Assembly (NCBI GenBank): GCA_951406725.2
Contig: OX597833.1
Location: forward strand, 72,912,001 to 72,976,000
Reading direction: 5' to 3'
Source: Octopus vulgaris
Lineage: Eukaryota
DNA length: 64,000 nt
Below the pieces are notes generated by a model, which made no database searches, was not told where the DNA came from, and worked only from the letters and a program-made list of their open reading frames with translations. The position numbers were made by a program, and so were the translations under genes. Shown piece after piece: positions 50,826-62,796 of this stretch; the stretch's first letter is position 1; each line of letters opens with the position of its first letter.

Positions 50826-51319
50826 ATGAGCGAGTTTACTTTAAGTTAACGCTGATATTCGGATTGATTTTCTTTGGGGTGGGGGACAAAAAGAAGTCTT
50901 GCCCTGTTCGTTACTGCTCCTTTTTTTTGGGAGAAGTCATATTGCACCAATGTTTTTGTTGTTTAAAAAGTCGGGTAAAATAATTGACTTATCTCCCCTT
51001 AATTTTTATTCACTTTTTAAAAATTTCTGAACACTCACCTATTCACGCCTAAAATCCTTTTTATTGTCAGAATTTTTTCTATGCTTTTATAGTTTTGTAT
51101 GCTGATGACGAAAATCGTATTCTTTTCCTCTAGAAATTGGTAATTAAGATCGGGGTTTTTAATTTTGTGAAATTAACAAAGTACGTCAACAACAAAGGCA
51201 ACCGCCTTTGCTGCTGACATACCGGAAGTGATGATTGTCTTTTTCCATGGGAACATTATTGACTGCGCCTTATGCTCGTGCTGTGTTTCCTGCTTCCGTC
51301 TCGGGGGTCCTCGAATGAA

Positions 51320-52010
51320 TTGATTTTTTAAAATTTACAATAACGGTAAAAACAGAGATTACAAACAAAGGGGTCGGGGGATAGAATGAAATGACAAGAT
51401 CCAAAATTGTTATGAGGATATATAATAAACGGATGAGGGCCGGGTGTGACCCCACAAACCACATTCCACCACTGAACCTTTTATGAGTCTTTTATGTTCC
51501 CCCATTCGCTCTCAACATGCTTGCCACTTTCTTCCACCTTTTCTCATCTACTGAGTGGCAAGCGTTTCCTCTCCAGCCTTATTTTCCTTTTAAGATGGAA
51601 AATGAAAAGGTTTACTAAACCAAGGCTGGAGGTGAAGACGCCTGTCGCTAACCCTTTCATGTGTGTCCTCCATACCACTTCTTTTGCCACAGCCACTACA
51701 GAGAGAAAACAGACCTTCCCTGTTCGGAGAGGGCGGTGGAACAATCTTTATTATAGACTTAGAGGACAGTTGTACTCTTCCCAAATGTGACAGCAGTTGT
51801 TCAACGTAAACCCACAATTACAAAAGTTTCGGACACTGCTCAATTGCGTGCAGAATAGTTTCACTGCTCTGCTTGGGCAAGTGGGCGAACATGTAGAGCC
51901 GTGCCAGGCAAGTTTATCTGAAACTGGTATGGCTCCTTGGCAACATTGCCAAGCCAGGGACCTTTGGAAGTTATCCAAACTAGGCCCCTCCCAACAAAAC
52001 TTCAAGGTTT
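51320..52010 (-). mobile_element. 5'-truncated Tx1-like LINE, ORF2 C-terminus (copy B)
   Basis: zf-RVT-like LDNFQRSLAWQCCQGAIPVSDKLAWHGSTCSPTCP, then LWVYVEQLLSHLGRVQLS and VAVAKEVVWRTHMKGL..FHLKRKIRLER, with frameshifts. Confidence 0.8.
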
Positions 52011-52264
52011 GTGTCTGTAGTAGAAAGCATATCAACTCTAGCACAGATTGTTTAAAATAGAAACCGATAAAAAAGAAAAAAACTTCAATGACCTGATTTG
52101 ATTACAAGGTACAAACCTGTTCTTTTCAACCGAAAAGAGCGCATTTGAAAGCCATCACTTCTACACGCTATAGATGTCGCTATGTGTGTACGTACGTATG
52201 TATGTCATTATTATATACATGTGTGTGTGTGTCAGAGATGTTGCTTGGATAATCTGAAAGCTGT

Positions 52265-52314
<50 letters not shown>

Positions 52315-53150
52315 TACATATATGTATGTGTGTGTGTGTGTGTGCATATATATGTATGTATATATTAATAACTCACACACACACACATATACATATATAC
52401 ACACGTGCATATCTATATATTAACAGTCATTGGCTGTTAATGCTGAAAATGGAGAAGGTCGGTGACCGTAAATGTAGGCTGACTTGATTCATCTGGTCGA
52501 GACGAGTGGAAGAGTGCAAGGAATGGTTAGTGATTGTGTGCCGGGGGATAGGGTGTTAGGCTGGGGTGGGGGTGCTGTAGTGGTGGTGGTGGTGGTGGTG
52601 GTGAGGTGGAGACATTACCCCAGGATCTTTGCAGCTAGAGCTTTTCTGGGGAAACTGATTGAGATAAGGGTCAAGTTGGTTGATCCAATTGTATGTATGT
52701 ATGCATGTGTGTGTATGTATTAGTTCCATTATAATGTTGGCGCTATCCAAGTGAAATCTGTCGACAACGTTCCTGCAATAATGAAGCAGTTATCGAGAAT
52801 TGAATTCAAATGTGAACACTTCAGGAGACACTATCTCAGTCCATTTGGGAATGAATGAAGATAAACACAACAACATAACACTAACAAGACAAGGTGGCGT
52901 TCATGCATTTCCCAATTATATTAATGGCGGTGGAGAACAGGGAGTCTTAGAGAGTGAGCTATCAATCCATTAGACAAATACAGGTCTAACATATACCATA
53001 CAACATAAATGCCCGATTCATTAAACAATCTCCTCCTCTAGATAATGAATCGTAATTATTAAATGGTAAAGGAAAGTCGTGTTGGAACTAGAATTATAAT
53101 GAGCACCTATTGACTCTGAGAATTGTTTTATGTTGCGAGTATATTTGGTC

Positions 53151-53605
53151 GACGCACCTTTGGCGTGGGATTCTACAAAGGAGATTTCTTTAGGTTGCTT
53201 TTTAAGTTTACTTTTCAATTTCTAAAAACTCATAAGATGTTGGCAGAAGATTTTTACAATGTGATCAGCAACGAGACGAAGACTGTTGCATTTTTACAAG
53301 AAACCAGCTCTAAATTCACATCATTTCTTAAGAGAAAGAAAGGTGCCACTTTGGTGTGTGATCTGCAATTTAAAGGGAGATTATTTTAGTTTACTTTGTG
53401 TTTGTGCTACTTTCTGTGTGATCCACGTGAGCAAATTTACTTTGGTGGGTGATTTACACGCTTATTTTAATTATTATGTTTTTTTTTTATTATTAAAATG
53501 GAAATAATTATGAAAAAATACATTTACAAAGTTAAGTATGTACAAAATAATTTAAAAAGTTGCTTGAAGTAATCTCCCTTGTAGACCCCGCGCCAAAGGA
53601 GCACC
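53151..53605 (+). mobile_element. Non-autonomous Merlin-like element with 8-bp TSD
   Basis: ~40-bp TIRs (GACGCACCTTTGGCGTGGGATTCTACAAAGGAGATTTCTT; right end reverse complement GGTGCTCCTTTGGCGCGGGGTCTACAAGGGAGATTACTT). Exact TSD ATTTGGTC (53143-50, 53606-13). Retains transposase-like N-terminus MLAEDFYNVISNETKTVAFLQE. Confidence 0.85.
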
Positions 53606-53801
53606 ATTTGGTCTTTATCAGAGGATGGGGCCATGCTGAAGAACAGTCTTTAAGAGTCTTTAATCAAATATTTCGACTCAAGTAGTAATTTTAGTCTAGT
53701 ACATATTTTATCAATAACTATTTATCGAATAGCTAAGTTACTGTTGACATAAAAAGAATTCAACACAACGGACCGGTTTGATCAGGTTTATATTAATATA
53801 G

Positions 53802-53844
<43 letters not shown>

Positions 53845-54461
53845 ACATACATACAGACAGACAGGCAAACAGACAAGCAGATAGACAGACATGCAGGCAC
53901 GTAGAGAGATAAAAAGATCGACATGTCGATTCACGACGTGATTCAATAGTTTCCACAACTACGTTCTACACAGAAAACCATGCTGAACCAGTTGCTGCTA
54001 CCGTTAGGTCCATTTGTCTCACGGTCCCCCCCCCCACGGACGGGGCGAACCCAAATACCATTTGGTTTCCAACAGAAGTTGTCGGCCCGCGCGGTTACAA
54101 TTAAATTTTGTCAGCGAGACTATTCCAATTAACAAACGGCAAAATGTCGATAATTTACAGAAAAAAGAAATAGCTGAGCTTTCCAACAGGAAACACTTAA
54201 CATAGAAATGAATACAACCGCAAGCAACCTTATCTTCCTTTATCTCTTCATTTCAACAGGTTTCAGGTTATTTCAAGGTGTAACAGCTTCAATGGTTGAA
54301 CTTTGCCACTAAACTTCGTCACCTTATCTTGTCTTTCCTTTCCTTTTCTCTTCCTTCTAACAAAAACGAAAATACCATCTGCTACCTCAACCAGTTCATG
54401 TACATTGCGTCTCAGGTTTCGAGTCCAACGGAAAGAAACTAGTATACCTCCCCACCCCATT

Positions 54462-54534
<73 letters not shown>

Positions 54535-54537
<3 letters not shown>

Positions 54538-54650
54538 GTAAGAAGCTTTCTTCTCAACCACATGGTTCCGGATTCAGTCTTACTGCGTGGCACCTTGTGT
54601 ATGTGTCTTCTGCTATAGCCTCGGGTTGACCAAAGCTTCGTGAGTAGACT
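54535..54650 (+). mobile_element. Family A SINE 5' fragment
   Basis: TGGTAAGAAGC..AACCACATGGTTCCGGATTCAGTC..CTGCGTGGCACCTTG..TATAGCCTCGGG..GACCAAAGC. Confidence 0.8.
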
Positions 54651-55014
54651 TTTTTTTCTGAAAAAAGCTTTTGAGAAACATCAAAACGCTGAGCTCTTTT
54701 TGCAGATTAATCGTGGTAGGAAAGTTTTCGAAGTCGGAGCCTGAGCTGGGAAATGAGTAATCGATGATCCGTCCAACAATCATCTACGCCAGGAAGGCGG
54801 CTCACGAGTATGTCACTCCTGTCATAGGGTCTGATGATGACGTTGTCCAGGATGTAGCTGTGCTTTGATTTCGAATGCCTCTATGCGGTTTTGTGCTGAT
54901 CGGGAAGACGAAGAGGCTTTTAGTAACCCCCAGCTCATTCTCTACACCTAAGCCAAGAAGAAGCAACCCGTTCAAGTTGCAGTTTCTCACACCCTGCTTC
55001 CCCAGAATTCCCGT

Positions 55015-55975
55015 CTAGAGGTTATTAGCTCGTCCGTCCCTGGTGTTAAAATCTTCCAACACGAGGGGTTTATCTCTTCTTGATACGATCTGGATGATCC
55101 TGTTGAGATCGGAGTAGAAAGAATCTTTGATCTCATCACCAGAATCAAAGGTGGTGGTGTATGCTGAGATCAAAGTGAGGTGATTGTTATCGTTGAAGGC
55201 GGAGGGACTTAAGCCGTTCACTAATAGGACTTGGAACCAGATTGTATCTGTTGACTAAGGAAGTCTTCACCACGAAGCCAACACCGTGCATTCCTTACTC
55301 TGTAAGATCTTTGCCCTTCCAGAAAAAGGTGTAATTTGCTCCTTCCTCACAAGAGGTCTATTCATATCATCCAGGGATAGGAATGTGTGCACATTCCAAG
55401 CGCCCACAGTAACGGAAGTATTCTTTTTCTTGTTCTTGCTACCGACAAAGGGGGTTCCCAATGGTCGCAGTAAACAACCCATGGAAAAAGAGTAGCGTCC
55501 AATGTTTAATCCACCTTTTCTAGGGCATACCGCACAAGGGGTGGGTTGCGGTGATCCTGAATAGAGCAGCTAGCATGGTGTGGGCTGCGGTGATTCCGTC
55601 AGAGCAGCCAGCATGTGACTCCGGACTACGGGTTTCCGGTTGACCAAGCCTGCCCCCGTGGCCCAGTTTACATCGCAACTGAACTTAGAGAAGGAAGAGG
55701 AGAGGCTCATTGTTCAAGCCACAGGTGGCCTTCACGTGGTTTTGTTTAGGGTGGACCATAAGTTGCGATCACAGGACCTAAGCATTTGACCACTCGTCTT
55801 CACCAGCGGCACCACTGGTATTGGTGACATGCTGGAGTTGGTTAGGGCGGTTGCAGTGGAATCCTGATTGTTTCAGATATAATTGAGATCCGCTTTGTTT
55901 GCGCCATAAAACATGGTATCGGAGTTTCTTTCTCCCAGATGGACTGCCTTCCAGGCTAACAAGCTCCATCTCTCC
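55015..55975 (-). mobile_element. 5' part of RTE-group LINE (AP endonuclease N-terminus and probable 5' UTR)
   Basis: Minus fragments TVGAWNVHTFL, HGVGFVV, LTLISAYTTTFDSGDEIKDSFYSDLN..RRDKPLVLEDFNTRDG match RTE APE motifs WNVRTL / SAYAPT / GDFNARVG. Confidence 0.8.
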
Positions 55976-56594
55976 GAAAATCACACAAGCTAGTTTAGCC
56001 ACAGCTGGGACATTCGCACGTGCTGCTACTCCGGGTCAGACTAGACCTGGGAATAACAGGCGCTAAGAGATGGTTCGGCACTTCTAAAAACCCTGAAACT
56101 CCTGTACTAAAGTCGACCAAACAAAAAGAAGCGAAATTTAAGCTGTTTTGACGTCCGATTTTGAGAGTCAATTGAAACAAAGCTGAACGTTGCGTTCTGC
56201 AGTTAGGAAATAGAAGAAAGGTTTAAACACGGCAAATCCAGCAAGAAGAAGAAGAAGAAGAAGGAGAAGGAGAAGAAGGAGAAGAAGAAGAAGAAGAAGG
56301 AGGAGAAGGAGATGAGGAGGAGGAGGAGGACAAATTGGCCGCAAAGAATGTGTTTTGCATAAACCGTTGCGGGTCATAGCATTGAACTTGTTTTTCTAAA
56401 ACAAATCCAGCCACAACAACAACAACAACAACAACGTGTGTTGAGAATAGATTTGTTTTATTTGTTTACGTAACAAGAGAAGATGTCCGTCCTTAACATG
56501 TCTCTCCTCTATTTATTCTGTCTTCCGTTTCTCTATTTTCAGCCTCCCGTTACGGAAAAGAAATAAGAAAAAAGAAATGGAAAGAAACAAACAA

Positions 56595-56815
56595 AGGCGC
56601 AGGTGTGGCAGTGTGGTTAAGAAGCTGACTTCCTAAACTACGTGTGCCAGGTTCGGTCCCACAGCGCAGCACCTTGAACACGTGTCTTCTGCTATAGTCT
56701 CCCGAGTCGACCAAAACCTTGTGAGTGGATTTGGTCAGCCCGAGCTTACAGTAGAAGACATTTGCCCTAGGTGTCACACAATGGGATTGAACCCGAAACC
56801 ATGTGGTTGGGAAAC
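56595..56815. mobile_element. Two family A SINE 5' halves fused in inverted orientation
   Basis: Plus copy 56595-56735 switches at TTGGT (56731-35) to a minus copy. Confidence 0.8.
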
Positions 56816-57364
56816 AAAAACGCTTCTTAGTGCGCGACCTAATTAAATTTAAAACGAAGCGAATAACGAAAACAAAACACATAAATCAATATTATTAATC
56901 AGCAGCTCTTTGAGAAAAGCTGGTGACTGCTGCAAATTGCCCCACTTCTGGGCATCGCTGAGTCAAACGACAAAGCTGTCCCACTGCGTCAAAAGAGTCT
57001 GATGGGATACAGCAAACTCTGTCGAACCTTTGTGAGAGAATAAGCGAATCGCAGAATGTTAGAATAGTAGAATACTTGAATGCGGGCGAAAACATAGTTT
57101 ATATTATTTTATATTACGGGCTGTGAACAATAGCGCCGTGTCGGATGATTACAGGTTTCCGACTGACTAATCATAATCAATGCTTCACTGTAAACTGCTG
57201 ACGAGGAAGTATGTCTAACTCGGTGCCGAGCAAATATCTCAAGGGAAACTTCGTTCATAAGGCAATTTTGCTTTCGGGTTTTGTCGCCTGAGATTATATT
57301 CTACACTGAATTACATCAACGAAATACATACACTCCCTCCCCCCCTCACACACTAACTCACTCA

Positions 57365-57404
<40 letters not shown>

Positions 57405-58630
57405 GACAACTCCATAATGTGTCACGAGGCCACAAAAGGGTATCTGAAGTCCAAGCGAACTTGCTATGATTTATTCTGTCGATCTTGAGTGAGATGAAGG
57501 ACAAAGTGGAACCTCAGCGCGGATTACAACTCCGAATTCGGAGAGAATAAAATAGATAACAAGAATTATTTAGTTCGCTACATTATATATTGGGTCACTG
57601 CGTCAACACCACCACCAACAACAACAACAGCAACAACAACAACAACACACTATCCTCACAAAAATCAATATTAACACCAATGCTATCGATCACCTTAATG
57701 TTTTCTCTATTTCAAGTCGGAAAGTAGTGTTATTTTAAAGATATGTTTAAATATGCTTACAAAATTCCGTATATTTTCTTATCAAGATCTTTTTGTCGTT
57801 GCTTTGGCAACTGCGGTGAAATCTATATTTCCTTGATGAGGTCAGAATAAAGTCGAAACGCGCATGGAGTCGTCCCTCGTATATACCAGCGGTGGGAATC
57901 AAATGAAATTTGTCATTGATTAATATTGTTCTTTTCCGCAGCTGTCAGTCGGTTAATACTATCGCAGCGATCAGGTTTTCCGCTTCCTCTTTGATATTCT
58001 TGCATTTTCCTTATATCTGTGCCACCACAACGACTGTGGCGACTTTTACAGTTCCAGCGGCAAAGAAGCTGTCACTCGGTGCCAAAAGGACAGGTTCATT
58101 GATTGTTGGCAAGGAAGGGAAACCGTCTTTTGATGTCTTCAAATCGGAAAAGCATACAGCGCGATCCACCAATCACTGTCACCGCCACCACCGCCGCCGC
58201 CGCCACCACTATCACCATCGCCATTACCATAAGGAATACCACAAAACTACCAATCCAACAAACCAAAACAAACACCACCGCCGCCGCCGCCATCGTTTGT
58301 GTCACTTTGACACGTTCACCTGTTCTGCAGATCAATATTCCACTGAGTCGAACTGCTTCTGTCTCGGTTCCATGTTGGTCTCTCAGCAAAGAGTAGAGTA
58401 CACTCGAGTGTGAGTGTCGGTGGGGGGGGGAGAGGTTAAAGAGGAAGTAGTAGGAGGAGGTGTCGGAGAAGAGAGAGAGAGAGGAAGAGAGGGGAAGGGG
58501 GAGGGGAAAGGGTCATTCAGAAAGAAAACGAAAGAGGGGAAGACGAAGATTTAAGGACCGCAACAAGAGGAATCGATCAATAACATTGTATAAGTTAAAA
58601 CATACATGCATACAAACGTACATATGAATG

Positions 58631-58707
<77 letters not shown>

Positions 58708-58731
58708 AGCAACAAGAATGAATCCGGTAGT

Positions 58732-58817
58732 TTAGTACAATTGTTTCATACTACAACATTTTATTAAAAGCTGTAAATATTACAGCAGATTTAAGATGTC
58801 GAGTAATCTTCAGCTAA
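58732..58817 (-). ncRNA. Near-intact type I hammerhead ribozyme with extended helix II (Penelope-like remnant)
   Basis: Minus: TTAG-CTGAAGA-TTACT-CGACATCTTA-AATCT-GCTGTAA-TAT-TTACAGC-TTTTAA-TAAAATGTTG-T-AGTAT-GAAA-CAATTG-TA-CTAA. All core nucleotides, helix I TTAG/CTAA, GUA site; embedded between (TA)n tracts. Confidence 0.75.
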
Positions 58818-58973
58818 TTTTATATAGGTTTTCCAATAATATAAAAGTTCTCAAATCAATTAATAACATCTTAGGGAAGGTAAATATACAGATAAAGATG
58901 TAGATATGAATCTCAGGAACACGAGGTCGTGTAGTTAGGATGCCAACCTGACCAAAACTAAGTTCACAACTAA

Positions 58974-59043
<70 letters not shown>

Positions 59044-59102
59044 CTATCTCTTTACCTCTCCCTCTCTCTACCTATCTATCTGTCTGTTTGTCTTTCTGTA
59101 TT

Positions 59103-59706
59103 ATCTCTTTTACTGGTTTCAGCCAAAGGCCATGCCGGAGCACCGCCTTTCAGTGTGTTTGGGTCTCCTTACTGTACTGTTTTTGATGAAGAGGCGACTT
59201 GGACAAAGCCATCTTTTTTGTGTTTCCTGCCGCGATGTGGGTTCGTCCGAGATTTCAGATAGAAATTTGTCTGGTTGTTTAATGAAGATCTCCACATCTC
59301 CACCTCTCGAACCTCTGAGGTTGTTTGGTAGGATGTGGAACATTTATGGTCCCTTGAGACCCAAGCTGTTGCAGTACTGGGTCCTTTTTCGAGATGAAGA
59401 AGGCGTATCTTTTGTATTATACAGTGCCATCCAGTTCGGTGGTTGGTATAGCTTTTTACTCCAAAGTTGGGCCCTAAACCATCCAGGATCTTCCATATGT
59501 GTATCACTGCATATCATTCTCTCGCCTCCTCTCCAGGGAGTAGAGCTTCAGTTCTTTGAATCACTTCCAGTGACTCTTCAGTTCCACCGAGTCAATATTT
59601 GCCTAATGGCACTGGGTTGCCTCGAGTTCCAGCCACCAGTCTGATGCTGTGCATCGGCCACGGTTGGGAGCAGTAATCCGGACGATTGAGAACAAAAGTT
59701 ATCCAT
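59103..59706 (-). mobile_element. 3' fragment of CR1/L2-group LINE (RT C-terminus and 3' UTR)
   Basis: Minus: WITFVLNRPDYCSQPW, KELKLYSLERRRE*YAVIHIWKILDGLGPNF, ILPNNLR..DKFLSEISDEP; UTR ends GCTGAAACCAGTAAAAGAG. Confidence 0.85.
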
Positions 59707-60075
59707 GCAGCCTTCCTAACGAGTTGTAGTTCACCCAAGCGCACTGTAAACGTTCAATAAGCTTTCTATGTAGACTCACCAATATATAGAAACGGGCAGA
59801 CGTGTGACTGGTGACTGGGGCCAGGACAACGTTTCCAAAGGACATTTCAAGCAGATGCAACCGTATAATTGTTGTCGTTGCTGTTGTTGATGTCTTTCTG
59901 CTCTTCGTAGTTTCACGATGACGACGGCGAAGTGATAAAACCCTGGAAAGATTTACTCTAAAAACAATAAAGATGGGTAATTACAGAAATAGGAAGGCGT
60001 TCCAGAAGTGACCATCCCGTCCGTACTTCAGTATATCGATCAATCTATTCTTTATTTCAGACGGCAGGAAGCAAT

Positions 60076-60664
<589 letters not shown>

Positions 60665-60798
60665 ACCTATACATGCACGTGCGACTGTCTGCATCACAAA
60701 GAGAAAAAAAAAGATGTCAAAGAAATGCAATTGAAGATAATTTAAAATAATTCGCGGCTAATTTTGTGATTTGTGTAAATTTCCTGCAACGGTCGAGA

Positions 60799-60996
60799 AT
60801 CTTCTTCTTCCAATTCTTCTTCTTCTTCTTCTTCTTCTTCTTCTTCTTCTTCTTCTTCTTCTTCTTCTTCAATTCTTCTTCTCCTTCTTCTTCTCCTTCT
60901 TCTTCTCCTCCTCCTTCTTCTTCTCCTCCTCCTCCTTCTTCTTCTCCTCCTCCTTCTTCTTCTTCTTCTTCTTCTTCTTCTTCTTCTTCTTCTTCA
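60799..60996. repeat. (CTT/CCT)n trinucleotide tract
   Basis: Directly visible. Confidence 0.97.
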
Positions 60997-61194
60997 TTAT
61001 TAATAATCGGTATCTTCCCTACGGGAATTAATTCCGGTCTCTGCCAGCCAGAATTGGTCTCGGAGGAGATTTGATTTACTGTCTTATTCCTTGCTTCAAA
61101 GAAACTGGACAGTTGCAACGGATGAGGGGCAGTGGGGTGTGGGTTGGAGGAGAAAGAGAGAGAGAGGGAGAGAGAGAAATAAGTGGTGGGGAAA

Positions 61195-61240
<46 letters not shown>

Positions 61241-61421
61241 CATATAGCTGGGTATCTATGTATCCACCTTCAACCTATGTATATGTGTGTATGGTAGTTG
61301 TATGTATGTGTATGTATGTATAATATACATATCTACACGTAAACACACACACACACACACACACAAACAAATCAGACTCTCTTTTCTTGAGTCGTATTTA
61401 ATTTCGGGAGAACTATCGATT

Positions 61422-61453
<32 letters not shown>

Positions 61454-62249
61454 GATAGATAGATAGATAGATAGATAGATGTGTTTCTTTAAGACCTTTT
61501 CTTATTGGGAAGGAAAGAAAAAATCTGGTGGGGTGGGGAAATTTCGATCAAAAGGAATCGTGGAAAGAAAGAGAAAAAAGGGGGGAGCCGATAGGGATCT
61601 TGTATCACAGAAATGTTATAATGTAAAAGGGAAAACATTAGGTTTATCCGTGGAAAGAAAAGCCTACGGAAAAGACCACAGTAACCTCGGGCAATAATGT
61701 CATGCAAAGAACACAGTGACTCTTTTTTCCTTTCTTTTTCTGGTTCATAGGATTATGCGTCAAACAATCACCTGGCGACAATTGCAACAGACACTGAATA
61801 GGGAAGGGGAGATAATCCCAAGCAATCATCAATTCTCTAGTACTTAGATGCCAATAAGAAAAAAGCCTTCTGTTTATGTTTTTTCTTCTTTTTTGTTTGT
61901 TTTGTTTTGGTTTTGTTTTTCCTTCGTGAAAATAAGGGAACAACGGCGAACAGGTGTTACTACTTCAATGGGACTCAGCTGTCCGAATCGGTGTTGAATT
62001 TAAGCCTTAGAGAAATCTCTTAGAAAATTGCGAACAGATCGGAATAATCTGAAATCGAGGCGATTTCTGAGTGAAATAAATAGAATAATCAATAAATCAC
62101 AGAGAAATCTGTTTCCATTTCTATCGTTCGTAGAAGAATTGCTCAAAGAATCCTGAAAGACTCCTCAAGGTCTGCCTAAACTTCAAAGCTTGCCACAGCA
62201 TTTTCTTTCTTAGATTAAACAAAACTCTCCAACGAATACGATTCTTGTG

Positions 62250-62540
62250 TGAAGGCGCCTGATTTAGTGCTTAGGACGATCGGCCGTGAGTTCAATTCCT
62301 AGCGCCACGTTGTGTCCTTGAGCAAGACACTTTATTTCACGTGGCTCCAATCCACTCAGTTGGCAAAAATGAGTAGTACCTGTAATTCACCAGGGGCCAG
62401 CCTTGTCACATTCTGTGTCACACCGAATCTCTCTGAGAACTAGACGAAGGGTCCACGTGTGCCTGTGCAGTGCTGAGCCACTTGTACACGAATTTCTCGA
62501 GCATTCTCTTCGGTTGATTGGATCAGCCAGAACACTCGTC
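62250..62540 (+). mobile_element. tRNA-derived SINE with CORE-like segment
   Basis: Decayed A box, B box GAGTTCAATTCC, then GTTGTGTCCTTGAGCAAGACACTTTATTTCAC..CCACTCAG.TGGCAAAAATGAGT. Confidence 0.65.
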
Positions 62541-62750
62541 GCAATTATTGTAAACTGAGGAAAGATATCAAGGAGCGAAACTTCCAAGGAAAGCTTCACT
62601 TAAAGCCTAGCAAAACTGCGGCTGTGTTAGTCAGTCAGATATAGAATTGGTCAGAGCAGATTGGTGCCAGTCTGTGGCGTTTTGTGTTTTTGCACAATAG
62701 ACTTCATGTCTACGGATCAAACGATAACGATTAACACTTGAGATATCACC

Positions 62751-62796
<46 letters not shown>

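Noticed and set aside
51222-51300. C/D snoRNA candidate (GTGATGA) next to an ETS motif
   Set aside because: No box D with a terminal stem at a suitable distance.
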